Positions 17,815 to 30,900 of a stretch of DNA of 64,000 nt are shown here, in pieces. Source of the DNA: an uncultured Rhodospirillaceae bacterium (GTDB taxonomy: Bacteria; Pseudomonadota; Alphaproteobacteria; Micavibrionales; UBA2020); contig CAYZCE010000008.1 in assembly GCA_964476835.1 (NCBI GenBank), forward strand, positions 512 through 64,511. The letters are read 5' to 3'. Every line of letters begins with the position of its first letter. Within the stretch, counting starts at the first letter, position 1. The position numbers and the translations under genes are program-made. The notes below the pieces were generated by a model, which saw only the letters and a program-made list of their open reading frames with translations, did not search any database and had not been told where the DNA came from.

Positions 17815-18924
17815 TTGAACAACGCCGCTTCACAACAATCCGCCCCGCTCCTCAAGACGCCGCTCTGGGCGTTGCACCGGGAACTGGGCGGCAAGATGGT
17901 GCCCTTCGCGGGCTACGACATGCCCGTGCAGTATGACGGCATGGGCGTGCTGAAGGAACACCTGCACACCCGCGCCGCCGCCGGCCTCTTCGACGTTTCG
18001 CACATGGGGCAGGCGATCCTCTCCGGCGACGTCGACGCGCTCGAGGCGTTGGTGCCTTCCGACATCCGCGGTCTCGTGCCTGGTCAGATGCGCTACACGC
18101 ACTTGTTGAATGACCAAGGCGGCATCATTGACGACCTGATCGTCACGCGCCGCGATGCGCAAACTTTGTTCATCGTCGTCAACGCCGCCTGCAAGGATGG
18201 CGACTTTGCTCATATCCGTGCGAAACTAGCGGGCAAGGCCGAGCTAAAAATCCGCGATGACCGCGCGCTCATCGCGGTGCAGGGCCCTGCGGCGGAAAAA
18301 GTCGTCGCCGCGCATTTCCCGGCGGCGGCAGCGCTCGGCTTCATGACGTCGCTGGTGGAAGGCGACGTCTTCGTGTCGCGCTGCGGCTATACCGGTGAAG
18401 ACGGTTTTGAAATCTCCATCCCCGCCGCGCGCGCGGAAGAATTCGCGCGCATCCTGATGAAGCACGACGATGCAAAGTGGATCGGTCTCGGCGCGCGCGA
18501 CAGCTTGCGCCTTGAAGCCGGCCTGTGCCTTTACGGCCACGATATCGACACGGCCACCACGCCGGTCGAGGCCAACCTGAAGTGGATCATTCCCAAACGC
18601 CGCCGCGCCGACGGCGGCTTCCCGGGTGCGAATAAGATCATCGCACAAATCACGGACGGCGCACCGCGCCTGCGCATCGGCCTGCAGCCGGAAGGCCGCG
18701 CCCCCTTGCGCGAAGGCACCGAACTGTTCGCCGGCGGCCGCAAGATCGGCGTCATCACCAGCGGCGGCTTCGGCCCCAGCGTGAACGCGCCGGTGGCGAT
18801 GGGCTACGTCGAAACCGCTTTCGCCGCCGTCGGCACGAAAATCGACGCCATGCTGCGCGGCGAGGCGCGTCCCTGCGCCGTGGCCGCGCTCCCGTTCATT
18901 CCCGCCAAATACAAGAAGGATTAA
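17815..18924 (+). CDS. gcvT: glycine cleavage system aminomethyltransferase T
   Basis: LKTPLWALHRELGGKMVPFAGYDMPVQY and CGYTGEDGFEISIP. A TTG start at 17815 is the only in-frame start upstream of the conserved N-terminus, with AAGG 10 nt upstream. Confidence 0.92.
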   Translation: MNNAASQQSAPLLKTPLWALHRELGGKMVPFAGYDMPVQYDGMGVLKEHLHTRAAAGLFDVSHMGQAILSGDVDALEALVPSDIRGLVPGQMRYTHLLNDQGGIIDDLIVTRRDAQTLFIVVNAACKDGDFAHIRAKLAGKAELKIRDDRALIAVQGPAAEKVVAAHFPAAAALGFMTSLVEGDVFVSRCGYTGEDGFEISIPAARAEEFARILMKHDDAKWIGLGARDSLRLEAGLCLYGHDIDTATTPVEANLKWIIPKRRRADGGFPGANKIIAQITDGAPRLRIGLQPEGRAPLREGTELFAGGRKIGVITSGGFGPSVNAPVAMGYVETAFAAVGTKIDAMLRGEARPCAVAALPFIPAKYKKD

Positions 18925-18928
18925 GACC

Positions 18929-19302
18929 ATGAGCAAGACGTTCTTCAGCGACGATCACGAATATGTGCGCCTTGACGGCGGCACCGGCACCGTCGGCATT
19001 TCCGATTACGCGCAGAACGCGCTGGGCGACGTGGTCTATGTCGAGCTGCCCAAGGTCGGCGCGGCCGTGAAAAAAGGCGCGCAGGCCGGCGTCGTCGAAT
19101 CCGTGAAGTCGGCGAGCGAGATTTATTCCCCCGTCTCCGGCGAAGTGACCGAGATCAACGCCGACCTCGCGACCAACCCCGCGCTCGTCAACGAAGACCC
19201 GCTCGGGAAGGGCTGGTTCTTCAAGGTCAAGGTCGCCAATGAAGGCGAGCTCGCCGCGCTGAAAGACGAAACCGCTTACACCGCTTACATCAAGAGCCTC
19301 TG

Positions 19303-19303
<1 letters not shown>
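18929..19303 (+). CDS. gcvH: glycine cleavage system protein H
   Basis: 124 aa. Lipoyl-lysine motif [18 protein letters not shown]. Confidence 0.95.
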
Positions 19304-22185
<2,882 letters not shown>

Positions 22186-22205
22186 ATTTTTTGAAGGAGA
22201 GTTCT

Positions 22206-24179
22206 ATGACTGCCACGCATAACGAAATGGCCAACGCCATCCGCGCCCTGTCGATGGATGCGGTGCAGAAAGCGAACTCCGGCCACCCCGGCATGCCGAT
22301 GGGCATGGCTGACGTGGCGACGGTGCTGTTCACGCGCTTCATGAAATTCGACCCTTCGATGCCGACGTGGCCGGACCGCGACCGCTTCATCCTTTCGGGC
22401 GGTCACGGCTCCATGCTGCTCTATTCGGTCTTGTACCTGACGGGCTACGAGAAGATGACGCTCGACCAGATCAAGAACTTCCGCCAGCTGCACAGCTTGA
22501 CGCCCGGCCACCCCGAAGTCATGCAGGATATGGGCATCGAGACGACGACCGGCCCGCTCGGCCAAGGCCTCGGCAACGCCGTCGGTTTCGCGCTCGCCGA
22601 GCGCATGCTCAACGCGCGCTTCGGCGGCGACGTCGTCGGCCACTACACTTACGTGATGGCAGGCGACGGCGACCTGATGGAGGGCATCAGCCACGAAGCC
22701 TGCTCGCTCGCCGGCCACCTCGGCCTCGGCAAGCTGATCGTGCTGTATGACGACAACGGCATCTCCATCGACGGCCCGACCTCGCTCTCCTTCACCGACG
22801 ACACGCGCAAGCGTTTCGAGTCCTACGGCTGGGAAACCTTCGATGTCGACGGCCACGATCCAGAGCAAGTGGCGAAAGCCATCCTCACCGCGCAGACCAA
22901 CGGCAAGCAGCCGAGCCTGATCTGCTGCAAGACGAAGATCGGCTACGGCGCGCCGACCAAGCAGGGCTCTTCCTCCAGCCACGGCTCGCCGCTCGGCGAT
23001 GCGGAAATCGCGGGCGCGCGCAAGAACCTCGGCTGGGATTCCCCGCCGTTCGAGATTCCCGAGCATATCTTCAACGCATGGCGCGAGGCCGGCAAGGCCG
23101 GCGAGAACACCCGCAAGAACTGGCAAGCGCGCCTCGATGCGGTCGACGCGGAAAAGCGCAGGGCCTTCGACCGCGCGCTCAAGGGCGACGTGGCGCCCGC
23201 GACCGACGCCGCCATTGCCGCCTTCATCGCCAAGGCCAAGCAGGAAGCGCCGAAGATCGCGACGCGCCAGGCCTCTGGCAAGGTGCTCGAAGCGTTGGTG
23301 CCCGAGCTGCCCGAGCTGATCGGCGGATCGGCGGATTTGACGGGCTCCAACCTGACGCTCATCAAGGGCGCCGGCACGGTCACGCGCGACACCTACGACG
23401 GCCAATATATTTACTACGGCGTGCGCGAGCACGGCATGGCGGCGGCCATGAACGGCATGGCGCTGCACAAGGGCATCATTCCCTACGGCGGCACCTTCCT
23501 CAGCTTCACCGATTATTGCCGCCCGTCGATCCGGCTTTCCGCGCTGATGAAGCAGCGCGTCATCTACGTGATGACGCACGACAGCATCGGCCTCGGCGAA
23601 GACGGCCCGACGCACCAGCCGGTCGAGCATCTCTCGGCCCTGCGCGCGTTCCCCAACGTGCTTGTCATGCGCCCGGCCGACGTGGTCGAGACGGCGGAAT
23701 GCTGGCAGATCGCGCTGGAAAGCCAGTCGCGTCCGTCTGTCCTCGTGCTGACGCGCCAAGCGCTGCCGCTGGTGCGGCGCGAGGCGCAAACCGACAACAA
23801 GACGCGCCGCGGCGCCTATGCGCTGGAAGGCAACGACGAAGCCACCGTCGACATCTGGGCGACGGGATCGGAAGTCGAAATCGCGCTGGCGGCCAAGGCG
23901 CTCCTCAATAACGAGGGCATCTCCGCCCGCGTCATCTCCGCGCCGTGCCTTGAACTCTACGACACACAGGATGATGAATATAAGAAGTCGCTCTCGACCG
24001 GCAAGATCAAGGTCGCCATCGAGGCCGGCATGCGCTGGGGCTGGGACAAATATATCGGCCAGGACGGCATCTTTATCGGCATGAAGAGCTTCGGCGAAAG
24101 CGCGCCGTATCAGGAACTCTACAAGTATTTCGGCATCACCGCCGAAGATACCGTCGCGGCGGTGAAGAAGAAGCTCTGA
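22206..24179 (+). CDS. tkt: transketolase
   Basis: [38 protein letters not shown] and [16 protein letters not shown] 22206 is preceded by AAGGAGAG. The TTG at 22191 is rejected. Confidence 0.96.
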   Translation: MTATHNEMANAIRALSMDAVQKANSGHPGMPMGMADVATVLFTRFMKFDPSMPTWPDRDRFILSGGHGSMLLYSVLYLTGYEKMTLDQIKNFRQLHSLTPGHPEVMQDMGIETTTGPLGQGLGNAVGFALAERMLNARFGGDVVGHYTYVMAGDGDLMEGISHEACSLAGHLGLGKLIVLYDDNGISIDGPTSLSFTDDTRKRFESYGWETFDVDGHDPEQVAKAILTAQTNGKQPSLICCKTKIGYGAPTKQGSSSSHGSPLGDAEIAGARKNLGWDSPPFEIPEHIFNAWREAGKAGENTRKNWQARLDAVDAEKRRAFDRALKGDVAPATDAAIAAFIAKAKQEAPKIATRQASGKVLEALVPELPELIGGSADLTGSNLTLIKGAGTVTRDTYDGQYIYYGVREHGMAAAMNGMALHKGIIPYGGTFLSFTDYCRPSIRLSALMKQRVIYVMTHDSIGLGEDGPTHQPVEHLSALRAFPNVLVMRPADVVETAECWQIALESQSRPSVLVLTRQALPLVRREAQTDNKTRRGAYALEGNDEATVDIWATGSEVEIALAAKALLNNEGISARVISAPCLELYDTQDDEYKKSLSTGKIKVAIEAGMRWGWDKYIGQDGIFIGMKSFGESAPYQELYKYFGITAEDTVAAVKKKL

Positions 24180-24718
24180 TGCCCGAACTGGTGGCGCCAT
24201 CGACGCGCTGGCAGGAGAGTTTCGCCGAGGCGCTCTATGAAGGGCTCGACCTGCTGCCGGAAACGCCCGAGAACATCCTGTTCGCGCGGCATGATTTCGA
24301 CGCGTACATGAAACAGCGCCACGACCTTAGCCGCCCCATCGTGCTGCCGGGCGGCCTGACATTCAACCGCGTGCCGCAGCAGGATTACTGGCTGGTCGAG
24401 GGCGAGCGATTTCTCGGCCGCATCAGCCTGCGCCCGACGCTCAGCATCCCGCTCAAAAGGCGCGGCGGCAACATCGGCTACGCCGTCCGGCGCAGCGAGC
24501 GTCGCCATGGTTACGGCCGCCTGATGCTGGAACTGCTGCTGCCGATCGCACGCGCGAAAGGTCTGGAAAAAGTGCTGGTCACGTGCCACGATGAGAACCA
24601 CGGATCGATCCGCATCATCGAAGGTGCGGGCGGCGTGCTGCAGGACAAGGTCGCCATCGACGGCCAGCCGCTGCCGGAACGCAGGTATTGGATAGATTTA
24701 ACAGGAGAGAAGAAATGA
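24179..24718 (+). CDS. GNAT family N-acetyltransferase
   Basis: 179 aa. Acetyl-CoA motif region GNIGYAVRRSERRHGYGRLMLELLLPIARAKG. The start overlaps the tkt stop (TGATG) and its stop overlaps the gap start (ATGA). Confidence 0.8.
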   Translation: MPELVAPSTRWQESFAEALYEGLDLLPETPENILFARHDFDAYMKQRHDLSRPIVLPGGLTFNRVPQQDYWLVEGERFLGRISLRPTLSIPLKRRGGNIGYAVRRSERRHGYGRLMLELLLPIARAKGLEKVLVTCHDENHGSIRIIEGAGGVLQDKVAIDGQPLPERRYWIDLTGEKK

Positions 24719-25722
24719 CCGTCAAAATCGCCATCAACGGCTTCGGCCGCATCGGACGCCTCGTGCTGCGCGCGATCGCGGAGAGCGGGCGCACCGACAT
24801 CTCCGTCGCCGGCATCAACGACCTCGCGACGGCGGAAGCCAACGCGCACCTGCTGAAATACGATTCCGTGCACGGCCGCTTCAAGGGCGACGTGAAAGTC
24901 ACGGGCGACAAGCTGATCGTCAACGGCCACGAGATCACCATGACGCAGATCAAGGACCCGACGCAGCTGCCGTGGGGCACGCTCGGCGTCGACGTCGCGA
25001 TGGAATGCACCGGCATCTTCACTAAAAAAGACGATGCGATGAAGCACATCGCCGCCGGCGCGAAGAAGGTGCTGATCTCCGCGCCCGCGACCGACGAAGA
25101 CCTCACCGTCGTCTTCGGCGTCAACCACAGCAAGCTGACGGCGGCGCACAAGGTCGTGTCGAACGCATCCTGCACCACCAACTGCCTCGCGCCCGTCGCG
25201 CACGTGCTGCACAACAGCATCGGCATCGCGCACGGCTTCATGACGACGATCCACAGCTACACCGGCGACCAGAACACGGTCGATACCATGCACAAGGACC
25301 TGCACCGCGCGCGCGCGGCGGCGGTCAACATCATCCCGACCTCGACCGGCGCGGCGAAGGCCGTCGGCCTCGTGCTGCCGGAACTCAAGGGCAAGCTCGA
25401 CGGCACCGCCATCCGCGTGCCGACGCCGAACGTCTCGCTGGTAGACTTCAAGTTTACCGCCAAGCGCGCAACCACGGTCGAGGAAGTCAACAAGGCGATC
25501 CTCGATGCGTCCAACGGCGCGCTCAAGGGCATCCTCGGCACCTATGACGAGCCGCTGGTCTCGACCGATTTCAACCATGACCCGCGCTCCAGCATCTTCG
25601 CGCTCAAGGAGACCAAGGTCATCGACGGCACCTTCGTGCGCGTGATGAGCTGGTACGACAACGAGTGGGGCTTCTCCAACCGCATGTCGGACACCGCGGT
25701 CGCGATGGCGAAGCTCGGCTGA
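24715..25722 (+). CDS. gap: type I glyceraldehyde-3-phosphate dehydrogenase
   Basis: MTVKIAINGFGRIGR and active-site SNASCTTNCLAP. Confidence 0.96.
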   Translation: MTVKIAINGFGRIGRLVLRAIAESGRTDISVAGINDLATAEANAHLLKYDSVHGRFKGDVKVTGDKLIVNGHEITMTQIKDPTQLPWGTLGVDVAMECTGIFTKKDDAMKHIAAGAKKVLISAPATDEDLTVVFGVNHSKLTAAHKVVSNASCTTNCLAPVAHVLHNSIGIAHGFMTTIHSYTGDQNTVDTMHKDLHRARAAAVNIIPTSTGAAKAVGLVLPELKGKLDGTAIRVPTPNVSLVDFKFTAKRATTVEEVNKAILDASNGALKGILGTYDEPLVSTDFNHDPRSSIFALKETKVIDGTFVRVMSWYDNEWGFSNRMSDTAVAMAKLG

Positions 25723-25727
25723 GTCCC

Positions 25728-26792
25728 ATGACGGCGCATCTTTTCTCTCCCCTGACGTTGCGCGGCGTGACGTTCCGCAACCGCATCGGCATGTCGCCGA
25801 TGTGCCAGTATTCCTCGGCCGACGGCTTCGTCAACGACTGGCACCTCGCGCATATTGGTGCGCGGGCGGCAGGCGGCGTCGGGCTGACGATGATGGAGGC
25901 GACGGGCGTGACGCCCGAAGGCCGCATCACGCCGGGCTGCGCCGGCATATGGAGGGACGCGCATATCGAGCCGTTCCGCCGCATCGTCGATTTCGTGGAG
26001 TCCCAAGGGGCTGTCGCCGGCATCCAGCTCGCGCATGCGGGGCGCAAGGCCAGCATGAACGTGCCGTGGAAAGGCGACAAGCGCCTGACCGCCGCCGAGG
26101 GCGGCTGGCAAACGATCGCGCCGTCTCCGGTGCCTTTCGCAGCCGAACACGATGCGCCGCTGGAGATGTCGGCCATTTATATCCGCCAAGCCATCGACGC
26201 TTTCGTCGCGGCGGCGGAGCGGGCGGTGAAGGCGGGCTTTCGCGTCATCGAGCTGCACGGCGCACATGGATACTTGCTGCACGAATTCCTCTCTCCCATC
26301 AGCAACAAGCGCACCGATTCGTATGGTGGACCGCTCGATAACCGCTGCCGCCTGATCTGGGAGATCGCCGAGCAGGTGCGGGCGAAAATTCCCAAAGGCC
26401 TCGCGCTCGGCGCGCGGCTGTCCTGCGCGGATTGGGTCGCGGGCGGCCTGACGATCGAGGACACCATCCATGTTGCGGCGGGATTGAAGCAACGCGGCGT
26501 GGATTTTATCGATTGCTCTTCCGGCGGCATCAGCCCCGACGCAAGGCCCAAGGCCGGGCCTGGGTATCAAGTGCCCTTTGCACGCGACATCCGCGCCAAA
26601 GCAGGCGTTCCCACCTGCGCCGTCGGCATGATCACCGAAGCCGTGCAGGCGGATGCGCTGATCCGCGACGGCGCCGCCGACATGGTCTTCATCGGCCGTG
26701 CGCTGCTGCGCGACCCGTCGTGGGCCTTGCATGCCGCTGCGGCACTTGGCCAGAAGGCGGACGTACCGCTGCAATATTTACGGGCTTATTAA
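25728..26792 (+). CDS. NADH:flavin oxidoreductase, Old Yellow Enzyme family (YqjM/NamA-like)
   Basis: Trimmed to MTAHLFSPLTLRGVTFRNRIGMSPMCQYSS. Also has IELHGAHGYLLHEFLSP and GRALLRDPSW. Confidence 0.9.
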   Translation: MTAHLFSPLTLRGVTFRNRIGMSPMCQYSSADGFVNDWHLAHIGARAAGGVGLTMMEATGVTPEGRITPGCAGIWRDAHIEPFRRIVDFVESQGAVAGIQLAHAGRKASMNVPWKGDKRLTAAEGGWQTIAPSPVPFAAEHDAPLEMSAIYIRQAIDAFVAAAERAVKAGFRVIELHGAHGYLLHEFLSPISNKRTDSYGGPLDNRCRLIWEIAEQVRAKIPKGLALGARLSCADWVAGGLTIEDTIHVAAGLKQRGVDFIDCSSGGISPDARPKAGPGYQVPFARDIRAKAGVPTCAVGMITEAVQADALIRDGAADMVFIGRALLRDPSWALHAAAALGQKADVPLQYLRAY

Positions 26793-27616
26793 GCCTTCGG
26801 CGCCGGGATCCAACGTTCCGCGTCCAGCGAACCTTGCGGCAGCGACACGAGGCTGACTTCCAGCGTCGGGGCGGCGGCCTTGTTCTCGTATCCGTCGCGG
26901 AATTTCTCGAGGATCTCGCAGAAACGCGTGAAGGCGTCCAGCGGCTCGGTCTCGTATTGCGGGCGCTGCAGCAGGATCGCGAAGTCCTGCGTCGAGAGGC
27001 GGCCGATGACGTCGGACTGGCGGCGCATGAAGGTGACCTTTTCGGTCAGCTTGGCGAGCGAAGCTTCGGCGGCCTCCGCGCCCGATGCGGCCACGACCTC
27101 GTCGTAATTCGCCATGCTGATGAAGACGACAAGGCTGCGCTCGCCGTAGCGGAACGAGCGGTCGATCGCCGAGAGGAAAAGCTGGTTGAACGCCGCCTTG
27201 CCGATCATCCCGCCGGTCGAGTGCACGTTATCCTCGTGCGCGAGGTGCGCCATGATGTCGAGCAGGCGTTCGGCGTTGCCGATTTTGGTCTCGATGTCGG
27301 TGCTGCTGAAGGGCTTGACCAGCACGTCGTTGGTGCCGGACATGATCGCCTCTTCCGCCGTCGCCGTCTTGGAGAGGAAGAGGAGGTAGGGCTTGGGGCC
27401 GTTCTTCGGCGTGCTCTTCCAGATGCCGAGCATGACCGGGCGCGCGTCGCTGAGCGGTGCGGGGTCGAACATGATGCAGTCGAAATTGCCGGCCTTGATC
27501 TTGTCGAAGGCGTCGTTCTTCGACGGCTCCACCACGACGGTATGGCCCAGCGATTGCAGCTTGGCCGCAATCAGCTGGTTGGTCAGGGATTCGCGGTCAA
27601 TGACCAGGATATGCAT
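26789..27616 (-). CDS. response regulator: REC domain + degenerate GGDEF domain (A-site lost, RxxD I-site retained)
   Basis: REC: MHILVIDRE..., acceptor Asp in CIMFDP, LFLSK and VLVKPF. The C-terminal domain aligns to GGDEF, but the active-site position reads RLSTQDFAILL, preceded by RQSD five residues upstream. Confidence 0.8.
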   Translation of the reverse strand: MHILVIDRESLTNQLIAAKLQSLGHTVVVEPSKNDAFDKIKAGNFDCIMFDPAPLSDARPVMLGIWKSTPKNGPKPYLLFLSKTATAEEAIMSGTNDVLVKPFSSTDIETKIGNAERLLDIMAHLAHEDNVHSTGGMIGKAAFNQLFLSAIDRSFRYGERSLVVFISMANYDEVVAASGAEAAEASLAKLTEKVTFMRRQSDVIGRLSTQDFAILLQRPQYETEPLDAFTRFCEILEKFRDGYENKAAAPTLEVSLVSLPQGSLDAERWIPAPKA

Positions 27617-27754
27617 GGAAGGGCCCCGTTGATCGTCCTGTTTACTCTAGGAAAAAGCGGGCGGATGACCAATAAAAATCGGAGTTTCCGTATTAACCCC
27701 CACAATTGTTTGACAAAAGAGGGGATTCTGGACTAAAACACCCTCCTACCCCGT

Positions 27755-27839
27755 GCCCAAATGGCGGAATTGGTAGACGCGCAGGTTTCAGGTACCTGTG
27801 GGGCAACCCGTGGAAGTTCGAGTCTTCTTTTGGGCACCA
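27755..27839 (+). tRNA. tRNA-Leu (anticodon CAG)
   Basis: GCCCAAATGGCGGAATTGGTAGACGCG-CAGGT-TTCAGGT-ACCTG-variable arm-GGAAGTTCGAGTCTTCTTTTGGGCACCA. 85 nt, class II. Confidence 0.9.
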
Positions 27840-27858
27840 TTTACAAGATGTAAAGCAA

Positions 27859-27900
27859 GAAGCCGGAGAGTGCGGAAACGCCTTTCCGGCTTCTGCTTTT
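27859..27900 (+). terminator. rho-independent terminator after tRNA-Leu(CAG)
   Basis: GAAGCCGGA (27859-27867) pairs with TCCGGCTTC (27885-27893), followed by TGCTTTT. Confidence 0.6.
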
Positions 27901-27976
27901 CGTAAAGATTTTCCTGCCGAATCTTCCTTGTCAATCTCCGCGCCGGTTTGTCATTCTAATGTGCAGAAGAAACCTC

Positions 27977-30900
27977 ATGAATAAGGATCGCCCCTCCATG
28001 ACCTCCCGTTCAGCACGTGCCATGAAGACGTCACTTCTTGCCGGTGTGGCCTTGATGTGCCTGGTAGCGACGGGAGCCCGCGCGGACAATTTCATCACGG
28101 ACGGCGAAACGGTATCCGCCGACCATATCAATGCCAGCTGGGATATCTACGGCACCGGCTTGCCGGACAATACCGCCAATATCACGATCAACAGCATCGG
28201 CAACACCGTCACGCTCGGCGCGTTCAATTCTTACGCGGCTTTCCAGTTCGACCCCACGCCCGACGCGGATCCGGACCTGATCGGCGCATTGACGGTCATC
28301 GGCGGAAACGCCGTCACCTTCGACGGCTTCATCGACGGCAGCCACGGCGGCATCACGCTGACCTCTGCTGCGACCAACCTGACCTTCCATGACGACATCA
28401 CCAACAACGTCGCCATCACCATCGGGGATGACGCCAATGCGGTCGCCGCTACGTTCATGCTGGCGGACCAATCCATTTCCGGCCTTGCCGGCGGGTACGA
28501 CCTGAACGTTTCCGCCACCATCGATGCCGGCGGCACCGCGCCTGAAAACGCCGCGATCAACGTGGTGAACAACACGGGCAGCTATCACACCGTCATCTTC
28601 AGCAGCGACCTCGGCAGCCAAGGCGCGCTCGGCGCCATCACCGTCGGCGCGGATACCGTGTCGACGGGCGTGGATTTCGGCGGCAACGTCGATGCCACCA
28701 ACATCACGCTCGGCGGATGGAGCACGCAGGGAGATACCAACTTCGCCATCTTCGGCAATGCTGTCGCCGCGCCGACCGTCGTGACGGCGGACATCGACGG
28801 CGCGGAATATGAATCTGCCGTTGACGACATAAGCGAGGAAAATACCGGCGGCAACTGGGTCGGCGTGGAAGGCGGCGCCGATGTCACGTTCACCGGCGCG
28901 ATCGGCAGCAAGATCAGCGCTGTGCTGCTCGGCCTCGGCGGCGACGGCACCGAAGACACAAGCGCGACGTTCACGGACGATGTCGCTACCTCGATCATCC
29001 TCAACACCACCGGAATTTCCGAGAACAACCATTTCGACAGCGACTACGCCACCCCGCCGAACGACAGCCTGACCATCGACGCCACGGGCGGCGACATCAC
29101 CGTCTCCGGCACCATCCTCAATGCCGTTTTCTACAACAACCCTTCGTACAGCACGCCCGAAGAGCTCATGGACAGCCTGACGGGCACCGTCATCCTCACC
29201 GGCGGCACCATCGGCACGCCGCGCGAGATCAACGTCGGCGCGATCGACTTCGTCAATACCCTGAATGTCGGCGATTACACCACGGTGAACCTGGCCGGCG
29301 ATTCTACGTCGCACGACGGCATGGACTGGGAGATGTACAGCAACGACATCTACGGCAACAGCATCCTGCTTCTGAATGTTGCCATGCAGGACCATTCCGT
29401 CATCAACCTGACGACGCCTGGCGGCAGCATCCTTGAAGCCATCGTTTCCTCGACGGGCGGCACGGTGAACGTCGGTGAAGACAGCGCCGCCCTCTTCGAC
29501 GGCGACACCAGCACGGCGGTCAACCTGCAGGGCGCCAACGCCTCGGTCGGTTTCGATTCGTTCCCCGGCAACCCGGCGGTATCGGTGGTGACGAGCGACA
29601 TCGTCTCGTCCATCGCGGACGTATCTGAGCGCGGCCAGACGCGCACCGTTTCTTTCAATGACGTGGATTTTCAAGGCACGCTGTCGTTCGGCGACGCCAA
29701 CGACACGCTGCATATCGAGAACATGACGCTGGACGGGCCGGTCGACCTCGGCTACGGCGCGAACCATGTCGAGCTGGCCAACGGCGGCGCGATCAGCAAC
29801 AGCACGTCCGACCCGGATATCACGTTCGGCTCGGGCACCAGCGTATTGAAACTCACCGCCGCGACCTTCGACGGCGCGGTCGCGCATAGCGGCACCGGCG
29901 GCGTTGTCCTGGACCTGCACGGAGGCTGCCCGACGTCGGATCCTTGCGCGGCGATCGGCGCAGATGCGACATTCGAGGACCTGACCGATGTCGACGTCAC
30001 CGACGACATCTCCGTCGTGCAAGCGGCGCTGGCGCCGGCGAACGGCACCTCGATCACTTCCAGCGGCACGCTGATTATCAACGGCGGATCAGCATCGCTC
30101 GCAGGCGACGTCCGGGGCGACAGCACCGGTACGCTGGCGTTCAGCAACGGCAGCTTCAGCAACCCGGCGTCGGGCGGCGTTTACTCGTCCGTCAGCCTCG
30201 CGCTCGACAACGCGACCTTCACGACGGCGACCGCGACCGACACCGGCATCGATTCCCTCCATGCGATCAGCGTGCTGGACGGCTCCACGTTCAACGTGAA
30301 TGCCGACGTTTCTTCCGCCGACGCGCTGACCGTCGACAATTCGACGGTAAACATCGCCGCCGGAAAGACGCTAGCGGCGGGTTCCATGAACGGCATGACC
30401 GATGGCACGCTCTCCTTCGGCCTCGACGACGACGGCACGGCCGGCCGCCTGACCCTCACCGACGGCGGGATCATCCTGCAGGGCGCGACCGTCAAGATCG
30501 ACCTGACGTCGCCGAGCACGTTCAGCCTGACCACGCCCGTCCTTCTCGCCACCGGCACCGCGACGCTCATCGGCTTCGACGGCAGCGACGGGCAGGCGGC
30601 AACGGAAATCGGGGCGAACACCGCGTTGTGGACGTTCTATGTCGAGGACGGCACCTATGCCGGCGGCGACGACACTCAGCTCTACGTCGTGGCGGAACGC
30701 GACGGCCCTTCGATCGCGGAGGTGGGTGCGGAACATAGCCCCAGCAACGCATCCGTCGGCGCGACATTTGACGGCCTTTCCGCGACCACCGACCCGCAGC
30801 TCCTGGCGATCCTGACGAAGATCAACGCGGCGCCGACCGACGCGGCGATCAACGCGATCCTGTCCTCCGTCAAGCCGACCGGCAACGGCGCGGCGGCGGG

